A stretch of DNA of 64,000 nucleotides, from positions 1,054,001 to 1,118,000 of the forward strand of contig OZ251229.1 in assembly GCA_965240325.2 (NCBI GenBank), written 5' to 3'. The position numbers were made by a program, and so were the translations under genes. Every line of letters starts with the position of its first letter. Position 1 is the first letter of the stretch. Shown here in pieces: positions 55,841 to 64,000 of this stretch. This stretch comes from Rebecca billardiae RCC1528 (taxonomy: Eukaryota > Protista > Haptophyta). A model generated the notes under the pieces. The model was not told the DNA's origin and searched no databases. It worked only from the letters and a program-made list of their open reading frames with translations.

Positions 55841-58800
55841 TCAGCTCGAGAGGCCCTGCCTGCCCGTCCACGCCTTCGACTGGCCGTGCCACTTGAGCCC
55901 CGGACGCGGCACACGGCGCTTGTGCGCCCAGCCGCGTGTGCTCGCGATGTGCTCGCACTCGCGAGCGCGCTGGCCGGCGGGCCCCTTGCGGCGGTAGATG
56001 ACGACCCGCGGCGACACTTGCCTCGCGTCGATATTGCCCCCCGCCCGCGCCGCGCCGGGCACGTAGAACCTGTCGCCGATCGCCGCCTCCACGTCGATCG
56101 CGACCTGCTCGTAGCCGTCCGGGTCCCACGCCGTTGGCGTTCGCTCATGCCGGCCGATCGAGTCGGGCACGATGAGGGCGATCAGGCGCGCGCGGCAGCA
56201 GTACGCGGCATGCTCCACGAAGTGCCGCGCCTTGGCGTTTTTCTGCGGGCAGCGCGCGCGCGGCCGGCGGCACCGCGGTCGGAGCGCGCGAGGTCAGCGG
56301 CGGGCGACGCGCGCGGCGCGGCGGCGCGGGCCGCGGGCGCCGCCGCCGCAGACGCACGTTGCCAAAGGGCGGGTTGAGGCCGATGACGAGCTCGCCCGGC
56401 GGGAGGCTTTGCGGCTCGACGGCGAGCCAGTTCTCCTTCTGCATGAAGGGCGTGCCGGACTCGTTGCAGTCCAGGCACAGCTCCGCCTCGCGCGGCCTGC
56501 TGCCGAGCGGGTGCGGCAGGATGTCAATCGAGCGGAACCGGAGGCCGAGCATCGGCGCAAACTCGTTGTTCCCGGCGCAGAAGTCGACGTACGTGTCGGT
56601 CTCCGGGTTGAGGTACGGCAAGAGCATGCTCGCGACCCTCGTGAGCAGCCCCGTCTTGGTGAAGTGCCGGCCTGCCAGATGCGCGCGCGGCGTGACACCG
56701 CGCGCACCGCGGCGCGCGCGCGCGCGTCCGCGTGAGCGCAGCGCTGGGCGCGCGCGCGCGCGCCGCGCGAGGCGACACGTGCAGCGGTGCGGCGCGGCGG
56801 CTGGGCACGCACTGTAGGTCGTGTGCTTCTTGGTGTACGTCGTGAGCCCGGACAGCCAGATCCACAGCTTCGACTCGTGCTTCTTCAGCGCGAGCAGCGT
56901 CTGCATGTACGAGGTGCCCGCGAGCCGCGCCTGCAGCAAGCGCTCGACCTCGCGGCCCTTGTGGTAGGTGCCGCCCACGTTGAGGGTGCCGTGCGAGTTG
57001 ACGAGCGCGAGGGACTCCATCTCCACCGCGCTGCCGCGCTCGATCACGTCCTTCGCGCGCTCCTGCCCCACCGCCAGCGCCATCGCCACGCGCGCAGGCA
57101 GCTGCCGCTCCGGCAGCGGGATGCGACACACGTCGCTGCCGAGCGGCCGGCCGCCGTAGCTCACGAGCCCGGCCGCGGGCGCGCGCTCCGCCTGCGCCTG
57201 GCTGAACGCGTGAGGCGAGCGCAGGTGCGGCGGGACGGCGTCGCGTGCGGGCTCGCGGCCGGTCGCGTCGACGCGGACGAGCACGGCCTCGCGCGGCAGC
57301 GCACGCGCCGGCGCCACGCCCGTCGCGAGGCCCGACGGCACGCGGCTGAGCGCGACAGGCGGCGGCTCGGGCTGCGCCTGCGCCGCACTCTTGGCCGCCG
57401 CCGCCTTCTTTGGGATCTTGAAGCGCGTCTTGTCCTCCGCGCGCCCCTTGGCGGCGAGGACGTCCAGCGGCGGCGGCGCGCGGTGCGATTGGCTCGCCTC
57501 GCCCCCGGCGCCACCCGCGCACGGCGGCGGGGCAGCCGCGCCCTTGTCCGGGGCGGGCTTGGCGGTGGCCGCGCTCGGCTGGGTCGGCTTGGCGGCGGGC
57601 GGCGACTTGGCTCGCGGCCGCGCTGCGCCGGGGGACGGGCCTGCGCCCTCCGGCCTCGGCGAGTGCGGCTTGGCGCCCGACGAGCCCTCCCGAGCCACGC
57701 CGGCGTCCCGCGCGACGCCGGGCCGCGCCGCGGCCGCCGCCTTGGCCCGCGCCCGCTGCTGCTCCGGCGGCGGCTGCTTTGGCGGCGCGGAAGGGCCGCG
57801 CCGCTGCCCGTCTCGGAACTGCTGCACGCGCGCCATGATTGGCTGCTCGTCGCTGTCGCTCGAGGCGGCGGCGTCGTGCTCCGCGCCCTCCTCCGCCGCG
57901 TCCTCGTCCCCCTCGTCGCCGTCGTCGTCCGCGCTGCTCTCCGCGCTGCTCTCCGCCGAGAAGTCGCTCGTGCCGCCGCCGTCGTCGCTGCCCTCGTCGC
58001 TGGCGGACGTGCTGCCGAGCTCCGGGGCGCTCGACGCCGGGCGCGCGGCCGCGGGCTTGGCGGCCGGCTTGGGCGGCTTCACGCGCATGGCGCCGGGGGC
58101 GGCTCCGCCGCGCCTGCCGCGCGGGGTCTCGATCAGGATGCGGGCGAGCCGGCGCGTCGCCTGCTCCACACCCTCGGCGAGCAGCTCCTGCACGACGTGC
58201 GGCAGGCTGTCCACGCTGTGAGGCTTGTAGTACCCGCCCGCACCGCCGTCCGAGCCGCCGCCGCCGCCGCCGTAGTCGTCGTCCGAGTCCGAGTCCGAGT
58301 CGCCGCCGCCGCCTCCGGTGAGCGCGGCGCTGAGCGCGTCGATGGGCGAGTCGTAGACGAAGACGGGCTCGCCGTGCTCCGCCTCCGCCTCGCGCACCAC
58401 GCGCGCCGCGCGCTCGCGCTCAGGGCAGAAGAGCGCGCGGCACGGCTGCTGGATGCAGTCGGCGCGCATCGTCTCGTGCAGCGGCGTCGTGAACACGACT
58501 CGGGCCGGGTCGCAGCTCCACTGCTGCGCGATCGCGGTGGGGAGCGCGGCGGTGCCGGCGACGGCGTCGCTCGGGCGGAGCAGCCAGTTCAGCTTCACCC
58601 ACGTGTCCTCCGCCCGCGCAAACTTGGTGCCGTACTTGTAGATCTCGCAGATGAAGGCCGGGTACACGTTGAGGTCATGCGCCATCGCCAGCACCGACAT
58701 GCCGCGCGCGTACACGCGCGAGCCGTCGCTCATCCCGCCAAAGAAGGTGACGCCCTCGGTGTGGTCGCGCCCGATCTGCTCGATGACCTGGAAGGACTTG

Positions 58801-60959
58801 GCCGAGCTCAGCGCGTCGTCCAGCTGCTCGCACGCCTGCTCGAACGCCTCGAGCGTGTAGTCCGCGCGCACCTGCTCGAGCTGTGAGCGCCACCTGCTGA
58901 GCGCAAACGACTTGGCGCCGGCGAGCGCGGACGGCTTGACCATCTCGGACCATCGCACGAGCAGCCGGCGCATCGCGTCCCACGAGCCGGCCTGGTCGAC
59001 CTCCTTCCGCCACGGCACCACCGTGTCCTTCGCCTCTTCCTTCACGAGCTCCCACGTCGTCGTCACCTCCACCCGCCGCAGCCGCTCGCGCGCCGCCTTG
59101 AGCTCGTCCTGCAGCCGCTTGGACACGGAGCGCGAGGACACGGGCACGCGCTCCCCGTGCACGAGCTGCGTGGTCGAGCGCTGCACGGCGCGCGCGCGCG
59201 GCCTCGGGGGCGCGGCGTCGCGCAGCCCGGCGGCGCGGTGCCGCTCGAGCTCGTCACGCGCGGCCGCCGTCGTGCGTCTTCTGCTCGACAGCGGCAGCGA
59301 CGGGTCGAGCGCGCGCCACTTGGAGTAGGCGCTAGGGTTGATGCTCAGCTTTGAGGCGAAGTCGCACAGCTTGAGGCCGAGCGAGAGGCGGAGCGCCTCG
59401 GCGCTGTCCACGACCGCGCGCGTCTCCTCGTCGAGCTCGGCGTGGGCGGCGGGCTTGGGCGGCGGGGCGAGCGGTTGCCCGCCCGCGCGCGCTGCGGGCG
59501 CCATCGCCGCGGGCGCGACACTCGCGTCCGCGCCGCCCGCTGCGGGGCCGCGGACGCCCCCGGCCGGCTCGGCGACAGCCTCTGCGGCGCTCACGTCTCG
59601 ATCCGTCGGCTCCGCGCCAACGTCGCCGTCGTCGGCATCCATCGGATCCAACGCGCCACTCGCGCCGCCGGCCCCGTGGGCCGCGCCCGCCGCGCCGCCA
59701 CCCTGCGCGGCTGCGCCCTCCGCGCGTGTGCCGCCCGCGTCTGCCGCGCAAGCCGCGCCGCGCGCCTCGTGGGGCAGAGGCGCGGCGGCGCTGTCGCCTG
59801 TCGGCGCGGCCGGAGCGCCCCCGGCGCTGAGGTCCGCAGCGCCGCTCTCAGCGCCGCGAGCGGGCGCGGCGCACTGGGCGGGGGGAGCAAGCGGCTCGGG
59901 CGCGGCCGACTGCGCCCCCTGCGCTGCCGCTGCGGCCGTGCGCGCGGGCACCGCCTGGGCCGCACCCGCCACCACGGGCGCCGGCTGCGAGTTGGGTGCG
60001 AGGAGGGAGGGGACACAGGCTGAGAGCGCCGCCCGAGCCTCAGGCGGCGCGCTGCTGCTGCTCCCCGCTTGCAACGTCGGCGCCGATGGCGTCACTGGGG
60101 ACAGGCGCGGCTGCGCCAGCGGCTGCGCATGCCGAGCATCGAGCGGCTGCGCTCGGCCCACCTCCCTGCTGGGCGTGGGCAGGGGTCGGAAAGACGCGGG
60201 TGCACCCGAGCCGGGCGCCACCGCGTCGCTCGGCGCGGACGCCGGCGCACACGCGGCACAGGCACGGTTGTGCCGAGTCAGCGCTGCGGCGGGCGGTGCG
60301 GCTGCGGCTGCGGGCGCGGGCGCGGCAAGGGCACCGTCCACCGCCACCGGTACAGCCTGCGCTCCCGGCGCGCGCTCAGAGCCGAGCGGCGCGGCGGCCT
60401 CGGCGGCAGGCGGCGCGAGGCCGCCCGCTCCATGCCGCCTCAGCACGACGGTGCGCGCTGGCGACAGGCGTGAGTGCGCAAGCGTGGGTGCAGCCCCCTC
60501 GCCCAGCGGCCGGGAGGCGCCCACCACGGTTGGTGCCGCCAGAACGGCGCCAGAGGCTGCGCCCGGATCCACCCCAATCGCCAAAGGCTCGGCCAGTGCC
60601 AAGGCTGGCGCGCTGGCGCGGTTGTCCCACACCGCCTCTGCTTTGGCATCGGCGACCGCAGCGCCCGCCGCAGCGTGCATCGCGGCCGCAGGCGACGCGA
60701 GTAGAGGCGCAGCGGTAGGCGCCGAGGCGGTGCCCTGGCTCAGGTCGATGCCGGCGCTGTCCGTTACTGGCGCGTCGGCAGCCGCCACCGGGTCCTGCAG
60801 GCCGCTCGCTCGAGCTGCGTCCGTGCCATCCTGCGATGGAGCCGGCACGCGGAGCAGCGCGAGCTCGCGTCCTGGTTGGCCAGCCCTCTGGGCGGCGCGC
60901 AGCAGTGCGTGGATGGCGAGCTCCATGTGGGCGCCTGGCGCGGCCGATCCTGACGCCAT
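55841..60959 (-). CDS. Large chromatin protein: HTH, WSD/WHIM-like helices, BAH domain, C-terminal EDM2/DM2-type Rossmann methyltransferase-like domain; introns 56672-56812 and 56243-56357
   Basis: Spliced C-terminus reads TTYSRHFTK...YVDFCAGNNEF...ELVIGLNPPFGNKNAKARHFVEHA...LIALIVP. BAH-like YPAFICEIY...WVKLNWLLRPSD...RADCIQQPC. HTH-like LRLSLGLKLCDFASKLSINPSAYSKW. Confidence 0.85.
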
Positions 60960-61072
60960 CGCGAGCGGCCCTCGCACGCGAGCGCGGCGCGCCAATGCCA
61001 AGCGGCGGGCGTCAGCGGTGCCGCGCTTTCGTGAGGGCGGCAGTGCGGCACCAGCCCGAGCGGGAGCGCACG

Positions 61073-61769
61073 ATGGCGGCGAACGACGCGCAGCCGAGTG
61101 ATAGAGTCTTGTGGGTCGGGGATCTCGATCCCCGGGTCCAAGAAGACGAGCTCTTGGTGTGCGCATGGCGACTTGATCCACCTCTGTGCGCTCGCGCTGA
61201 TACCTCGGGTCACCACCCCACGCACCCCCCGCCCCGCGCGCGTCCACTCGGGTGCGCGCCCGCAGGCCGCGTTCAAGCAGTTTGGAGATGTGGAGAAGGC
61301 TGTCCTTGACAGCTGTCCCATCACGGGGCAGTCGCGAGGGTGGGGCTTCATTCAGTACGCCGATCCTCGCGTGGCGGCCCACGTGTATCACGTGATGTCC
61401 GAGAATCTCTTCATGCTCTCCTACCCTCCGCGGCCAGTGCGCGTGCGCTTTGCCGAGTTGGGGTACAGGCGAGACCCGACGCCACTGTACGAGCAAGTGG
61501 TCAGGGAGCCGACGACGGCGCACTGGGCAGCACCGAACACGCTGCAGTGGACCCAGGCGCTCGAGCTGCGCGAGCTCGCCCTTACTCAAGAGTCCGAGAG
61601 CGCCGCGGTCAAGCTGCTACACAAAGAGGAGCGGGCTAAGATGCACCAGCGGCATGTCGAGCAGGTGAAGGCGGACCAGGGCTTGCTCGCCCAGATCCAC
61701 AGAAATCAGAGGGAAGAGACGACTGCTGGACGGCAAGACTACACGGTCAGCAATATCGATGATGCCTGA
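61073..61769 (+). CDS. RRM + NOPS-like + coiled-coil protein (AIPP1/EDM3- or DBHS-like); intron 61157-61265
   Basis: RNP2 LWVGDL, RNP1 RGWGFIQY, then FMLSYPPRPVRVRFAE, HWAAPNTLQWTQALELRELA and a charged helix. Confidence 0.85.
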
Positions 61770-61975
61770 GGCGCGCGAACTGCGCTCACTCCGACGGACA
61801 GACTGCTGGTGGGCAGTCACTGCCTTATTCCGATGCCGGTCCGCCGCCGCACGCCGGTCGCCAAGGCCCAAGCTACTGTAGTTTGCCTGTTTGGCGGGCT
61901 GACCGGCCTGACCGGCGCCTGCAGAGCAGCCAGAAGCCGGGCAAAAGGTGAAGATGCTGACAGATCCAGATGCTG

Positions 61976-61979
<4 letters not shown>

Positions 61980-62050
<71 letters not shown>

Positions 62051-62058
62051 CATACACA
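61980..62058. repeat. (TA)n/(TACA)n microsatellite
   Basis: Read directly from the sequence. Confidence 0.95.
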
Positions 62059-62192
62059 TGACGAGGTTGATGATGCATAACAACGGCGTATAGCAGTTTA
62101 TCTCACGAGAGTTCTGCTCAGGCTCGTCGTCCGCCGGAATATAATGATCGTGATCGTGGCCCGTGACGTCTCGGCGTGTGCGCTGAGATCAA

Positions 62193-63056
62193 TCACATGC
62201 CCATGATGAGATGGCGCGTGAAGAAAGAGATGGTGTCTTTCCACGCCGCTTCGGCCGTCGCTTCGTCGTAAGGTGGAACGCCAAGCTTTGCCTGCCGTTC
62301 CTCGAAAGACTCGAACGGCGCTGGGCTGTCGTTCATGAACGCGTGCCCCACCTTGGGGTGCACCGTGACAATTGCACGCGTGTTGCCTGCTTCCTTCAGC
62401 ACTGCCTCCAGCTTGCGCGCAGTCTCCGGGTCGGAGAAGCCGGCCATCGCGTCGGCCTCGCCAAAGTGGCCACGGACGGGCTTGGCAGAGAGCTGTTCTG
62501 GCTTGAACAGGTCGAAGTTGACGCCGTAGAAGGCCGCGGCGCACGCAATGTCGGCGCTCGCCGCCGCGCCACCAAGCGAAAGGGCGCCGCCCATGCAGAA
62601 GCCGATGATGCCGACCTTTGAGCAGCCCTCTTGCTTGAGGAACGCGGCGGCGTGGCCAATCTCAGCGACGGCCGCGGGGAAGTCCAGCGTGTCCATCAAG
62701 TGGCTCGCCTCCTCCGCGTCCACGCCCACCTTGCCCTTGTACAGGTCTGGCACGAGCACGCGAAAGCCTCTCATTGCCAGCCGCCCGGCGTGCTCACACA
62801 CCTGCGGCGTGACTCCCCACCACTCTTGCACGACGATGACGGCCGGCGCACCCTTCTGCCCGGCGACGTAGCCCGGGATGTCCCTGCCGGGACCGAAGCT
62901 CACCTTGTCCATGTTCTTGCCTGCCGCCTTGGACGCGGCAAACATGAAGCGAGCGTCGCCACGGCGAGTGCCACCACACGCGCTCGGGGGACACCTGGCG
63001 GCGAGGAAGCGCGCGGCGGATGGCGGAGGCGCACACCGGCGTGCAAGGGTAGACAT
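62193..63056 (-). CDS. Dienelactone hydrolase (carboxymethylenebutenolidase) family, with probable organellar presequence
   Basis: VVQEWWG, VPDLY, GFCMGG, HFGEAD, GHAFMN; Arg/Ala-rich N-terminus. Confidence 0.9.
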   Translation of the reverse strand: MSTLARRCAPPPSAARFLAARCPPSACGGTRRGDARFMFAASKAAGKNMDKVSFGPGRDIPGYVAGQKGAPAVIVVQEWWGVTPQVCEHAGRLAMRGFRVLVPDLYKGKVGVDAEEASHLMDTLDFPAAVAEIGHAAAFLKQEGCSKVGIIGFCMGGALSLGGAAASADIACAAAFYGVNFDLFKPEQLSAKPVRGHFGEADAMAGFSDPETARKLEAVLKEAGNTRAIVTVHPKVGHAFMNDSPAPFESFEERQAKLGVPPYDEATAEAAWKDTISFFTRHLIMGM

Positions 63057-63837
63057 GCTACGTGGCAGACCAAAGCGCCGGCTGGCTGTCGTCTGGCAAC
63101 GAGCTGGTGCAACTGCAGCGCGTGATTGCTCGCGGCCGTCCCAGGCCGGCGAACAGCCAGGGGTGTTCCCCCCAAGGAGTCTTAAAAACCTTAAAGACTC
63201 CTTGTTCCCCCAACCTCCGCTGTGCAGGAGCTCTGGGGACAATCCCGGACACAGGGATGGTTTTCACTTTTCAGTTTCACCGAGACGTCGTGGCAAGGGC
63301 CGTGCATGATTGTGCTCCCTCTCTCCCCTGGCATCAGGCATGTGGCTCGTTCGGCCTGTCGGACAGTCGGTGTAGGCTGTATGTAGTGGCCGCGCCGAGC
63401 CGTACGACCCGCCACAGGCTGCAATGCCATTGTCAGCGTAAGTCATTCGTGATATAGATTGCGCGCCGCGACTGATGGCGGCATCCGCCAAATGTCGGGG
63501 CCCGGTGCCGGCCCCGGCGGGGCTGGGGGCGATTCCGCGGCCGACTCGTGTCCGTGACTCGTCCGACTCAGACTCACAGACTAGGTCTAGTGCCGCCAGA
63601 TCGGCGCAGCCGACGCGTGGGGCTATCGAGGTTCGAGAGCGGCCTGGGCGCGCACGTGCCCAGCGATGTGCGCCCCTCGCCAGCAGCGCCACTCCGCGCT
63701 CGAGGTGGCGGTTGCGGGCGGTGGCAGCGCGGCTGTGACCGCCGTGACCGCCGCGGCCCCCGCCAAGCGCGCGGGGTGGGATCGGCCCCCGCCAAGCGCG
63801 CGGGGTGGGATTCGGCTGAGCGCGCTCGGCAAGGTCG

Positions 63838-63915
63838 CTACTCGGCAAAATCGTCGGCCAGCTCCTTGTCGAGCTCGGCCTCGAGGGCGGCGGCATCGTC
63901 CGTAGAGAGGTTCGC
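63838..63915 (-). CDS. Last exon of a gene that continues beyond the window (ANLSTDDAAALEAELDKELADDFAE*)
   Basis: CGCAG acceptor at 63916, a GC-rich intron running to the window edge, and a TAG stop at 63838. Confidence 0.6.
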   Translation of the reverse strand, partial: ANLSTDDAAALEAELDKELADDFAE

Positions 63916-64000
63916 CTGCGGTGCGCGCGGCGAGCGCGCGCGCGCGCCGTGCCGGTGAGAGCGCGCCGGGCGAGGAGCGCGCAGGGCGCGCGCGCTACGA

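Noticed and set aside
60960-61589. N-terminal 210 aa of the 1814-aa ORF
   Set aside because: It overlaps the RRM gene antisense and starts at a non-ATG codon; ATG 60959 is the likelier start.

Overview
Very GC-rich, gene-dense eukaryotic nuclear DNA. It has short GC-rich spliceosomal introns (GTGCGC...CTGAC...CGCAG) and many head-to-head gene pairs. These traits, plus a bipartite signal/transit peptide and cilia genes, suggest a haptophyte-type alga such as Pavlovales (inference only). About 23 protein-coding genes are readable: VPS50/syndetin, TYW5, an ARF/ARL GTPase, an FkbM methyltransferase, a Gly/Thr-repeat membrane protein, three sulfotransferase-like genes, a GGCT-like protein, a GT77 (RRA-like) glycosyltransferase, a thioredoxin-domain protein, eL41 (missed by the ORF track), CobW/ZNG1, an unusual myosin (WW + EF-hand tail), Fuzzy, a TTLL glutamylase, a hybrid histidine kinase, mitochondrial Hsp70 and a dienelactone hydrolase. 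There is also a frameshifted NACHT-WD40 remnant. The most striking item is a divergent pair 113 bp apart. One gene encodes a large HTH + BAH + EDM2-type (NPPF) methyltransferase-like protein. The other encodes an AIPP1/DBHS-like RRM-coiled-coil protein. Together they recall the plant ASI1-AIPP1-EDM2 complex, which links heterochromatin to RNA processing. The window also holds four different non-autonomous terminal-inverted-repeat elements (three with visible target-site duplications) and two dispersed repeat pairs whose older copies decay by many short insertions. Family assignments come from motif recognition by eye; no database search was run.
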